From Eledone cirrhosa (taxonomy: Eukaryota), in assembly GCA_964016885.1 (NCBI GenBank), contig OZ024746.1:19964001-20028000 (forward strand): DNA of 64,000 nucleotides, given 5' to 3'. Made by a program: the position numbers and the translations under genes. The notes under the pieces were generated by a model. That model worked only from the letters and a program-made list of their open reading frames with translations, was not told where the DNA came from and ran no database searches. This document shows positions 1 to 12,488 of the stretch, piece after piece (position 1 is the stretch's first letter; the number at the start of each line of letters is the position of its first letter).

Positions 1-1959
1 GCAAACAGTTCTGGCTCCCAACAGTAAACTGGATTTTCTTCTGCCCAACTGATAACAATGGACTACCAAGATCACCTTTGAGTCAAAAACAAAAAAAACA
101 CATTTTTTCTTCTCTGCTTTTCCTCCTTAAAGCCTCTTGGAATGTGTTTACCATCATTCCTTTGATATATAACTATTATGCAATATACACATAATGATGT
201 CACCAGATTCATACGTAACCTGGCCACTGAAATGGGCATAGTGTTTGTAGAAATAAAAATTTGAATGAATTAAACCTGGATAAAAAAAAATTCAAAGAAT
301 TCAACTCGACAGTTTCTGCTTTAACTGTTAAATTTTGCGGCTTTGTATGGCAGCTATTGACACGAGGACCCCCGGGTTAAATCAAGAGGTTAAAGATGCC
401 ATCTGAGCAAAGAAAGAGGCTCACAAAGTTTGGTTGAGTTAACAAAGTGCAAACTTGTGTCACTGCCTTAGCTCAGTGTCATTCAATGGCTCTAGACACC
501 TAGACGAAGAATAAGACTGAAATCACCACTATAGGCATTGTTTAAATTAAAACAAATCTTATTATTTAACAGACTTCAAATACGCCTACAGTTCTAATAG
601 AAAAAAAAGGTCAATATAGCAAACAGTAGAGCAGATTGTCCATTAGAGGTATATGAATATAAGTAACGATAGAATAGTAACACGTTTAGATTTTACTCAC
701 GATATTGATCACACAACTAACATTTAAAATATAGATTCTAAAAGGCAACTGTGTAACAGCTGTGCTAAGAAGACGTTTTTATATCAGTTTTTAGATAAAT
801 TCCAATGGTATTTATATCTTTCCTTTATATTCGCAAATTCGATGAAATCGAGCTATTTTCTTTTTCTTGGTGCTAAAAATATGAAAGGCTGAATAAAAAA
901 TTACTTGAATTTAAAACGTATGCAAATAATTGTTTCTGATTTAGACACAAGACTAACAATTTGGGGGAGGAGAAAGTCAATTAAATTGAACCCCAGTGCA
1001 TTACTGGCACTTTATTTTATCGACACCGTAAGGATGAAGGGCAAAGCTAACCTCGGTGGGATTTGAACTTAAAACTTAAAGGGACGTAACTAGATGCCGC
1101 AAAACATTGCTCTACCGATTACTGTCAATCCATTCACCGCCTTCAACGTATGTAAATAATTGTTTCTACTTTTTGCAGCATAGAGTTATGGTCCTTTATG
1201 ATCTGAGTTTAAATCCCGCCGGGTTAACTTTGCCTTTCATCCTTACGAGGTCGATAAAATAAAGTACCAGTCACGCACTGAGGTCGATTTAATCGACTTT
1301 CCCTTTCCCCAAAATTGCTGCCCTTGTGCCTATATAAGAAACCATTATTAACATTATCATTACATTAACATCAATATAAATAATAGTAATTTTTTAAACC
1401 GGATTTTTTGTTGTATTTTCATGAAAAAAGCTCAATTTTCATTTAGCTTAGGAACTCAGCAGGGATATTTAAAACTTCAAAAGTGAGAGTGGCAGTTAGA
1501 GACAGAAGAGTAAGAATACAAAAGACACACCCAAGCCTAATATTGTTGAGCAGTGAAGCGTGAAAGATTAAACCAGAGTAAGCACTGACAGGATAAAAGG
1601 CACAAGACAGACTTTTGACAATCCCAAGTCAGCCCAGATCAGGAAGATAGTCGTCTAAATGGCGAGAGGTGACTCAGAAAATCTGACAAGCTAACGTGGA
1701 AGCCTATTCTATGCGATCGACCGACTTGTGAGACTTGACAACTAATTCTTCTTCTTCAACTACTACTTACCTTACCATCTTAGAAATCATTACATATTTA
1801 GGATAAACCAATACGAGCAGTTGTGGCTGTGTTCAAAAGGTGTTTTATATTTTGTTATATAGAAACATCAATGTAACATGTGTGGAGATTTATGAGTTCT
1901 TATTACGACTTGCCTTTCAAATCAAACAGTAGAGAAATAAACAAACAAACAAACGTGTA

Positions 1960-2003
<44 letters not shown>

Positions 2004-3554
2004 AAAAAGGTTATATATATATACATGAAAACGCCTGTACAATTTATGTGGGGGAGGGGTCGATACAAGCCGAGACAATGTGCAGAAACACTGGCGTCTG
2101 TCACTTCATTGTCCTCAGCATACAGAATGAAGAAAGCGTTACGCTGGAGGATAACGAGACTCGTTGAAATAACCGTTCCAACTCGCGGAGCTTTCCTCAC
2201 TCTACCTCGATAGCAGCGAGTAGTGAAGTGATTCGGAGACAGTGTTAGACTTACCTATAAGTTAAATAAGGGCCAAATTTAATGGAAGGGAAAAACCGAC
2301 GCCCGTAGCAATTTATCTGTGTCCTATGCTGGGCTTTTTACTTTTATCCCTTTGACAACAAGAACTATATTTTTAATAAAAAGTATTTATTGTCCTTACT
2401 GTCGCAAAATTCATCAAATTTCCTCAACTTTAGATACATCAGTTGGTATCGAACAATAGTCTAAAAAGTATTTGATGTCGCTGTGTAAAGTGGTTGTGCT
2501 GGTGTCACAAAAACAATGGACCCACTCTAAAGTGGTTATGTTAGGAATGACATCCAGCCATAGAAACCATGCCAGATAAATAATGTATGAGCCAGATGAG
2601 GTCGCTCCGATATGTCTGGTCTCGGACTGTTCTTGTGTTGGCATATAAACAGAACGACAGACATCAGTACCGTATACTGTTTACCTGCTAACTGTCAAAG
2701 CTAGTGAAAATATATGATATTTTCTGGAATATACAGTGACTGATCGGCCTAATTTGCATATTAGCAGACTGCCTGATCAGCCAGATCTGCATATTAATAG
2801 ACCCACCGATCAGCCAGGTTTGCATATCAGCAGATAGGCCAATCAGTTTTATGTAAACGAGCGATTAATGGCCGGCTTTGCCATAGGTAAATAACTAACA
2901 AATAGTTTTATCGCTCTACATGACTGAATACAAGAAATGAAAATCTGAGCTTTATAATAATCGAATATTATTATCAATCAGTATCGGTAGAAGGTCGGAC
3001 ACCATGCTTTCCAGCATAGTTACGTCCCTTTCCGATCTGAGTTCAAATCCCGCCGAGGTTGACTTTGCCTTTCATCCTTACGGGGTCGATAAAATAAAGT
3101 ACCAGTAATGCACTGGGTAATTGCTGGCCTTGTGCCTAAAGTAGAAACAATTATTATCTTAAAGGGCAGTGGTTTGGCAGTATCGGTAGAGGGTCGGACG
3201 CCATGCTTTGACGCATTGAGTTACGGTCCTTGCCATTCTGAGTTCAAATCAAAGCCGAGGTTAACTTTGCCTTTCATCCTTACGGAGTCGATAAAATAAA
3301 GTACCAGTAATACACTAGGTAATACTTGTAATACCAGTAATACTTGTGCCAAAAAGGTAGAAACAATTATTATCAATATTCGAAATGCTCAGATTTACAT
3401 TTCTTGTATTCAACCATGTAGTGCGATAAAACTGTTTGTTATATATATACACATTAAAAGGCGATTTACGAACGTTTCACACCCTCCTGGGACTTTTTAA
3501 AATCAGTTAATTAAGATTAAAGAACCTCATTGGGGTTCTTTAATCTTAATTATA

Positions 3555-3638
<84 letters not shown>

Positions 3639-3639
3639 T

Positions 3640-6200
3640 ATTGAAGTTTCCGTTGAAAATTGAAAAAGTCATAGGAGTGAAGAGTGCTCTATGTAAGTAC
3701 CAGAGCAAAATTTAATGTATAATAAACAATACAATATAATTACCTCATTACCAGAGGTTTCCCGAATAAGACGAATACGAAAAACGTCCTCATTCGTTCG
3801 TCGGACAAGGCAATTTAAAACATAGTGAAATATTTGGAAAGTCTCCTCAAGAAATGCAAAAAATATATAAATAAAAGTAATGCAAGATATATATAAAAAA
3901 AATATAAAAAAAATATATAAAAAAAAATATAAGGAAATATAGTTAGGGTATGTGTATATGTATGTATATATACACTCACAAATGTACATATGTGTGTATG
4001 TACAAATGCATGTGTATGGTGAAAATGTATGCGTAAGTACATATATGAGGGCAAGTATATTTGTGTATATGTGACCACAAATACTTATATAATATGAGTT
4101 GATAATATAGTTGACACGCATCCAGATAAGGTATTAAATACACATACGAGTATGAAAGCACGCGTATAAACACACACACGCTTTCGGTCACTTATATGCG
4201 GAAGATAAAGAGGGAAGGGAGTGTAATAGTAAAAAGAAGTGTCATTCTCGATATATGTATAAAAATAAAACAATATATATATATATATATATATATATCG
4301 CCCCATGTATATCTAATCACACGTACGTACGCGACTATATATATATACACACATATACATACACACCCATACATATACATATATACACATATACATACAC
4401 ATACACATACATTCACCCGCATACACACACACGTAAAAATAAAAATGTAAAAAACATAGATATAAAAAAACATAGATATAAAAACACACATACACACACA
4501 TATATATACGTACGCACGCACACATACGGAGGCGTTCGTATACATATACAGAACGTATACACACATAAGCACACTCAGACACATAGATACAGATTATAAA
4601 TCAGCCATATGAATAAATGAGCACAAATATAAAATCGGCTGCGAAACAACAGAATATATCTGGAGTGGAAAACGCAAGTGATATGTAATATCAAGTAGTG
4701 AAAGAAAATGGGGGAGTAAAATGTGGAATGTGAAGATATTAGGTAAGTGAATCGAAAAGTAGGGGGGGGGGGGTTAATAAGATTAAAAATAAAGTTAAAA
4801 ATGAAAGTAAATCAGAAAGAGAAGTCTGTAAAGAGGATAATTTAAGGAAAGTGAAGAATAAGAGTTTATGGAGGATAAGTATCTGAAAGTGAGTTAAGTT
4901 TATATGAGCTGGAAAGCAAGTGTGATTTCATGTGTGGGCAACTGGTGAAAATTTCTGTTTTTGTATTTAGGCAGGTTTTTGGTGATTTAAGGTTCTGTAA
5001 AATCTAATATTTTTCACTTATGCAGAGTGTGCATCTTCTTGTTCCTCTTGCATATTCTTTAGATTGGTTCAAAATTGACCAATCCAATTTATATTGGATA
5101 CCTTGGTCTTTCAAATCCCATATTCTGCTAGCCAGAGCTGTTGTGAATCTTTTTTCTGGATGTCGGAAAGATGCGACATGTGAGTAATAACGCGTTTTGA
5201 ATTTGTCTTGTGTCATACCCACATATCGTTCGACGGTGGCTGGTTGGCTGTTGCTGATGGTTGTCACTTTAGCCGCATATACAATGGTTTTGGTGTTGCA
5301 TTTACCTTGTAATGGGCATTCACTTTTGACTCTACAGAAGCAATTTTGATGTTCTCTGGGTGATTTCTTATTGATGATATAAGTTTTAATAGGGGGACCG
5401 CAGGAGTAGCTAATTTTGACACAGTTTCTACTGAAGATCTTATAGTATCTATGTGTTCTAGGGAAATGTTTATCTAAGAGCTCTAGGAATTGTTTGCCTA
5501 CATTAGTTTTAACTGCTAGCGAGTAGGGGGGTGTGAACCAGATTATTTTTCTTTTCCTATTATTATGTTTAAAAGAGTTAGTATTGTTGGGTATGTACTT
5601 AATCGGTTCGCTAAATCCGCTATTTTGAAGGGCTTTATTATAGTAGAGGGATGCCTTATTGAAAATAGCTTCTGAGGTAGCGAGGGTGGAGATCCTACGG
5701 CTAATATTAGGGATAAGGTTTTTAAAAACTATAGGAGGATGGCAAGAGCCTTTATTTATATATTTTAAATTTTCATTAGGTTTATGGTATGGTTTATAAG
5801 AAGCAGTAGGCAAATCTAGGTTTATATATAGAAAATTAACATTGGAAAGGTTAGTGTCAATAGTAATTTTAAGATTAAAACTAGCGAAGGTTTTTATTAA
5901 GTCTTTCCTTAATCTATCTAAGTTATGGCCTGTGGTGGTATGGGAAAGTATTAGACCATCGTCGCGATAAAGCCCAAAAATATGGTTAGGGAATTTTTCT
6001 TTAAGTGTGTGTAGGAGGAATAGGCCGACTAAATCACAAACATCAGCACTGTCAAAAGAGCCCATTGAGACATCGAATGGGTTCTCTAGGTTAGATATTT
6101 TTACCCAAGTGTCATTATCAGTAAAGAGTAGAGTGTTTCTAGCATGCAAGATGACATTCTCTTCAATATCAGAAATAACGGCTTGAGCTCTGCCGTCGGG
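3640..6200 (-). mobile_element. Penelope-like retroelement (Naiad-type), 5'-truncated: RT C-half + GIY-YIG endonuclease + long 3' UTR/pLTR
   Basis: ORF 5004-6224: MGSFDSADVCDLVG, YRDDGL, SCHPP, IIWFTPPYS, CFCRVKSECPLQGKC, IVY...YVGMT...FKTRY..H, CTLCISEK; frame continues past one TAG as ILQ...LNTKTEIFTSCPH to TAA at 4866; hammerhead in the 3' region; flanked by (TA)n. Confidence 0.9.
3743..3810 (-). ncRNA. Type I hammerhead ribozyme motif in Penelope 3' pLTR (U4C core variant, long stem II)
   Basis: CCUUGU-CCGACGA-ACGAAUGAGGACG...CGUCUUAUUCGG-GAAAC-CUCUG-GUA^-AUGAGG; stem I CCUUGU/AUGAGG. Confidence 0.65.
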
Positions 6201-7284
6201 GTCAAACATTTTCCTATTACCCACTCTACTACCCTAAGTATTGAGTACTCTGGTGCGTTATGGTCCATCTGGTTCCGTACCACACCTCCTTCGTTATATA
6301 TATATATATATATATATAACTGTTTCTACTTTTGGCACAAGGCCAGCAATTATCCCAGTGCATTACTGGTACTTTATTTTATCGACCCCGTAAGGATGAA
6401 AGGCAAAGTTAACCTCGGCGGGATATAACGAAGGAGGTGTGGTAAGGAACCAGATGGACCATAACGCACCAGTACTTAGGTATATATATATAAGAAGAAT
6501 TAGTTGTCAAGTCTCGCAGGTCGGTCGATCGCATAGAATAGGCTCTTCCTGATCTGGGCTGACTTGGGCTTGTCATTCTGTTATCCTGTCAGTGTTTACT
6601 CTGGTTTAATCTTTCACGCTTCACTGCTCAACAATGTTAGGCTTGTGTGTATCTTTTGTATTCTTACTCTTCTGCCTCTAACTGCCACTCTCACTATTGA
6701 AGTTTTAAATATTCCTTTGTTTAAAATGAAATCTTTTCAGAGGCTTACTTCATTGGCAACTGATTTGAATCACATTAACTGACGTAATACTTAACCTTTG
6801 AAAGCATTTATTCTCTCCCCCTCTCCTCATCCCTCTTCTTTTTTAAAAAAATGTTTCTCTTCTATGTCACTTAACCCGCTGACACATTCCACGGTTCACA
6901 AAGACGTCGTTGAACCTGTTGACGGTCAAAACTTCTGGCGTCAGAGTTTTCACCTGCTGAGTTTCTAAGCTAAATGAAATTTGAGGCTTTTTCATGAAAA
7001 ACAACAACAAAAATCCGGTTAAAAAAATTACTATTATTTATATTAATGTTAATGTAATGATAGTTTCATTTATTGGCCACAAGGGCCGACATATAGGGGA
7101 CAATACAATGTTAATGTAATGATAAAGGATTAATAATATATATTCCGTTTTTGAATTTGTTTTGCAAGATTTCTTATCTGAAAACGTGTGTTGAAACAGA
7201 TATTGTTATACTTTGGGAGGGTCATGCTGCCAATAAAAGCACATGCACTTGTTGGTTTTCACTTCAGTTTATTATAAATTTCCG

Positions 7285-7458
7285 GTTGGTTGGTTGGTTA
7301 GTTGGTTGGTTAGTTGGTTGGTTAGTTGGTTGGTTAGTTGGTTGGTTAGTTGGTTGGTTAGTTGGTTGGTTAGTTGGTTGGTTAGTTGGTTGGTTAGTTG
7401 GTTGGTTGGTTGGTTGGTTGGTTGGTTGGTTGGTTGGTTGGTTAGTTGGTTGGTTGGT
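7285..7458. repeat. (TGGT/TAGT)n microsatellite
   Basis: Direct inspection. Confidence 0.97.
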
Positions 7459-7747
7459 TCGATAACCGGATGCTTGTTTATATAAACAACCATCAACAAT
7501 ATCTGTTTCCAAACATTATCATTATTAACATTATCAATAGGGCGGTGGATTGGTAGTATCGGTAGATGGCCGGACGCCATGCTTTGCAGCATAGAGTTAC
7601 GGTCAGTGAAGTGGGAAAGATTAAACCAGAGTAAGCACTGACATGATAAAAGGCACAAGACAGACTTTTGACAATCCCAAGTCAGCCCAGATCAGGAATA
7701 GCCTATTCTATGCGATCGAGCGACCTGCGAGACGTGACAACTAATTC

Positions 7748-8718
7748 GTAGCGCTCCCTGCTACACCCACGGATCTCTCCTCGCTGACCTCGATATTTGT
7801 ATCCGAGCAGCAGCCGAGGAGATATGCAACGTCAGGTTTGACGACATTGGATGGCAACAGGTCACTTTACCTGTCAGGTATGGCGGCCTTGGCCTCCGGT
7901 CCCCGATCTCGCTGGCTTTGCCGGCGTTTCTTTCATCAGTAACCTCATGCCGCGTCCTCGTCAGCAAGGTTCTCCAAAACACAATAGAACCCTCTATGTT
8001 CAGAGAACGTGAGGCCACCTGTGAAACGTGAGACCGGCTTGGACTTAGCCCAGTAGACGTCCCTCCTCCTTTTCTCCCTGCTGACGTCAAGTCCCCACAA
8101 AGCACTTGGGATGCTATCCAGTGCAGCCTTGCTTCAGACAGGCTCACACGCCAGCTCAACCAGCACCGCCTTGCCTGTTTTCGTGCGGCCTCCAAATCCC
8201 ACAGTGGTGCCTGGCTCCATGCCCTACCCTCCTTCTCCAATAGCCTGCGCATCGGCGTTTCTGTGAGGCTCGGCCTCCGGATCTACGAGACACACCAATT
8301 TCGCTGTGGATCCATTGTGGACTCTTTCGGCCTCCACCACTTTTTCCAGCCACAACCTGGTGCAGTCTGCGACTAACCCAGGCTCTGCTGCACGTCGGGT
8401 TGAGGAGGCCAAACTCTTCAAATACCGGTCGCTCTCCGACAGGTTTGCGGTTGTACCCTTGGCAGTGGAGAATTCTGGTGTCCTCGGCCCTAGGGCTACC
8501 TCCCTACTCACCACCATAGGCGCTGAGCTGGCCAGCCGCAGGTGTGACCCCCGCGAGTTGGAGTGACTTTTCCAGCGCGTCTCCCTTGCCGTCCTCCGGG
8601 GAAACGCCTTCTCTATTCTGTCTGCCGGGGCTGTGGGGAGACAAGCCGATTATATTACGAATTCTGTTGAATAGTCTTAAATTGTTATATATCTATGTGG
8701 TGGTTATATGTATGTATA
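7748..8718 (+). mobile_element. CRE-clade non-LTR retrotransposon 3' fragment (post-RT region + restriction-like endonuclease), degenerate
   Basis: WQQVTLPVRYGGLGL, HSGAWLHALP, AARRVEEAKLFKYRSLSDRFAVVPLAVENSGVLGP, FQRVSLAVLRGNA; frameshifts. Confidence 0.8.
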
Positions 8719-9473
8719 CTACTACTACCTTACCATCTTAGAAATCATTAAATACGAATAGCTGAGGGTGTATTTTGTTATGGAGAAACATCAGTGGATG
8801 GAGACTTATGGGTTTTAATGAAGTGTAAGATACTTCCTCTCCCAGACCAATATCAACAACACATCTTTGACAAATATTCCCAAACTATCCTTCTTTTCTC
8901 TTTTTCCTGTCATCCCATTCTTATCAAAATACATATATCTTACACCTCATTAAAACCCAGACAAGCACCTAAATTCATCCTTGATATAGAAATCTGTAGA
9001 AGATATTCTTTATGGATTTGGAGGTGATTCAGCTATGCCATTATAAACTCATCAAAGGTCAGCTAATGAAATAAAACCAGCAGGAGAGTATGTTTACGAC
9101 TACCTTCTCAAACACCCTTATCTTACAACCTCACTATTTTCTGAATGTATATATATATGTGTGTGTGTATGTGTGTGTATGTGTGTACGTGTGTGTGTGT
9201 GCGCGTGTCTGTGTGTGTGTATGTATGTATACTTTAATTCCTCTGGACCTTCATGATCATCAACACTCATTAACACCGCACGCCACACCCAGACACATCC
9301 AAATCTCTCTTATATATAGTCACACATTTCAACACAACCTGATCTCAGTTTGAAAATCGCCACAGACAGACGAATGCGAGAAAGTTAACCAGGAATCTCT
9401 AAAATTGTTCCCACAGAAGTTAACAAAGAACTTACTGGATCTACCAACTCTTAATATTATAATATTATATTGA

Positions 9474-9898
9474 GGGCGGTGGATTGGCAGTATCGGTAGA
9501 GAGTCGGACGCCATGCTTTGCAGCAAAGAGTTACGGCCCTTTATGATCTGAGTTCAAATCTCGCCGAGGTTAACTTTGCCTTTCATCCTCACGGGGTCGA
9601 TAAAATAAAGTACCAGTCACGCACTGGGGTCGATTTAATCGACTTTCCCCTCCCCAAAAATCACTGGCCTTGTGCCTATATAAGAAACCAATATTATAAT
9701 ATATTGAAAGGCGGTGGATTGGCAGTATCAGTAGAGAGTCGGACGCCATGCTTTCCAGCATAGTTACGTCCCTTTACGATCTGAGTTCAAATCCCGTCGA
9801 TGTTGACTTTGCCTTTCATCCTTACGGGGTCGATAAAATAAAGTACCAGTAATGCACTGGGTAATTGCTGGCCTTTTGCCTAAAGTAGAAACAATTAT
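9474..9898 (+). mobile_element. Tandem pair of tRNA-derived SINEs (main family; long then short subfamily)
   Basis: A-box-like tggcagtatcgg, B-box gagttcaaatcc, central gcctttcatccttacggggtcgataaaataaagtaccag, attatt tail. Other copies at about 930-1143(-), 1172-1347, 2980-3372 (pair), 6318-6424(-), 15953-16140, 47735-47890, 48670-48872(-), 50358-50548, 54643-54940, 60320-60650(-), 63545-63665(-). Confidence 0.9.
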
Positions 9899-10070
9899 AA
9901 TATTATATTATAACATTAAATCATAACAATTTTTTAACACTACAAGTGGAGTTATTCTTTTCCTTTTTTTCAAATATACCTAACTGTACCAAGGATCTCA
10001 CACATTTTCCAATATATATCTATATATATATATATAGGTAGGTTAGTTTCACAACAATTAGTTCACCATA

Positions 10071-10111
10071 CCGAGAACAAATGTTTCACCTTGTTCGGAT
10101 CCTCAGCTCAA
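10071..10111 (-). ncRNA. Minimal type I hammerhead motif
   Basis: UUGAG-CUGAGGA-U-CC-gaacaa-GG-U-GAAAC-auuu-GUU^-CUCGG; lies between (TA)n tracts. Confidence 0.6.
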
Positions 10112-10172
10112 CCAAACTCGTCCCATGAACTGAGTGCTCTGCTACTACAGATATAACCCACCAGTATTCTAC

Positions 10173-10243
<71 letters not shown>

Positions 10244-10600
10244 TAACAGATTAAAGTTTAAGCAAAGAATCGCTGCTTTCACCCTTAACGGGATCTTCTG
10301 AAACTAACAAAGTCAATCTGTAAACGCAGAAGTGGATATTTCAAATAACGTTGCAACCGGAGGAAGACAGGAAGACGAAACTTTGGTTCGTGGAAATGTT
10401 CCCTGGCAAAGAACGGGAAAAAACGAATATAATACGTCATTAATAGGAGCGGTGAAAAACAATTACGCGCAAAGACAGAACCACGTTTATGGTATAAAAG
10501 AGGTCGTAGACTAATGTTCTCTTTGGTGGTTCATGGCAATGAACGAAGATAATACGTCATATGTGGAGCATGGAGAACAATTGCACGCAAAGACAAAACC

Positions 10601-10650
<50 letters not shown>

Positions 10651-10963
10651 TTATTAAAATAACAGATTAAAGTTTAAGCAAAGAATCGCTGCTTTCACCC
10701 TTTGCCAGCGAACGTTTCCACGAACCAAAGTTTCGTCTTCCTGTCTTCCTCCGGTTGCAACGTTTTTTGAAATATCCAGTTCTGCGTTTACAGATTGACT
10801 TTGTTAGTTTCAGAAGATCCCGTTAAGGGTGAAAGCAGCGATTCTTTGCTTAAACTTTAATCTGTTATTTTAATAAATATTTGCTCTACGGTTCTTATAT
10901 ATTTGATATATATTTATCCTTATTGAGCCCTCTTTGGATTTTAGTCTTCAATTTTATTATTAT

Positions 10964-11014
<51 letters not shown>

Positions 11015-11018
11015 CATA

Positions 11019-11089
<71 letters not shown>

Positions 11090-11100
11090 TTATATACATA

Positions 11101-11138
<38 letters not shown>

Positions 11139-11196
11139 CATATGCATATAAATATATATACATATATATATGAGCGTGTGTGTGTATATATATATA

Positions 11197-11505
11197 CATC
11201 ATATTTCGTATTCACAATCTTTGCTCCCAAATACAGGAAGTCCTCAACCAATTCCAGCGGCTTCCCGCCTACATTAGTGATCCCCTCTGGCTTCTCAACA
11301 TTCTCTACCAGATATTTTGTTTTAGTCTCATTCATTCTCAGCCCCACACTCATCGACACTAGAAGAGGAAGACCAAGGTTAACGTATGTTGATGCCCTAA
11401 GGACAGACACTGGTCTGTTGGAGATGCAGGACATGGCAGCGATAATGAAGGACAGAGACCGCTGGAGAGAACTCGTCCATGGATCTCGGGAATTTTACCC
11501 GCCTT

Positions 11506-11508
<3 letters not shown>
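11197..11508 (+). mobile_element. RTE-like LINE 3' end with inverted 5' segment
   Basis: + 11355-11508 RGRPRLTYVDALRTDTG...DRDRWRELV; - 11200-11350 GLRMNETKTKYL...LELVEDFLYLGAKI; same 3' end at 14930-14960, 46190-46426, 47295-47342. Confidence 0.8.
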
Positions 11509-11549
<41 letters not shown>

Positions 11550-12240
11550 GCACGATGTATCTAAACAGATACTTATATATCTAAAGATACTATGTATCCA
11601 TGTTAATCATTTTAATATATTGTACAATCTAGATGAAATAAACCATGAAAAATATTACATCTATATACTTGTATGCTTTTTATCCTGCAATAACTAACAT
11701 AAGTGAAATAAAAAAGTGTTTTGTAAGACATGTATAGTGGTATGGTATGGTACTGTAGCTCAGGATGGAGTTGTAGAGGCACTGTAGTGACATATAGTTT
11801 TTCATGGGAATTTTAAGCGTGGCGAACATGTCTGAACACAGCAGATTTCTTCTAGAGAAGGATAGACAGAGAGGGCGTGGTGTCTGATTAAAAGATATAG
11901 AGGGAGTATCGAACCTAGTACCAGACTGGTACTTTTTTATCGACCTCGAAAGAAGGAAAGGAAAAATTGACCTCGGCAGGATTTGAAAAAACATGTATAA
12001 TAATCATTAACATATTTTGCATATGCCAACATATGCCAACATATAGCTCGACATAATAGAGCAAAGCAATTTCGATTAGTCAATTGCTTTATCGGGATTC
12101 TGACGATGATCTTGCTGCTTGACTGAACAATCTATGATATGAAAATTTGTAAACAAAGAAATAGAAAACACTGTTATTTATAAATTAATGTATAGTTTTT
12201 AGTGATGGGGCCAATTAGTGTTGTTTATATATATATATAT

Positions 12241-12301
<61 letters not shown>

Positions 12302-12456
12302 GAAGGCTTCGCCGTAACATCTGTCTGAATGAAATATTCATTATAACGTGGCGTATAAATCTACTGAACGGAAAAAAGATGTGCTGATATCCATCTTATC
12401 AGTTCAATAGGCTTATACGCCCCGTTATTAAGACTACACACACACACACACACACC

Positions 12457-12487
<31 letters not shown>

Positions 12488-12488
<1 letters not shown>

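Noticed and set aside
3669-4599. YI/HT/CV-rich ORFs here and at 7151-7658, 10881-11200, 19965-20407, 47172-47717, 61522-62013, 63089-63698
   Set aside because: Translations of microsatellites
5004-5006. Selenocysteine recoding in the Penelope ORF
   Set aside because: The interrupting stop is TAG, not TGA, and is not at a Cys position; no in-frame TGA in the visible ORF
9474-9565. tRNA genes at SINE heads (also 58527-58600)
   Set aside because: A/B boxes continue into SINE bodies and tails; no clean cloverleaf
10808-10845. Functional hammerhead in the 10.2-10.9 kb inverted repeat
   Set aside because: Core reads CAGAAGA and no NUH/stem III can be formed; kept only as a degenerate relative
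12095-12140. Possible hammerhead (ctgacga...tgaac)
   Set aside because: Lacks GAAA and a convincing stem I/III
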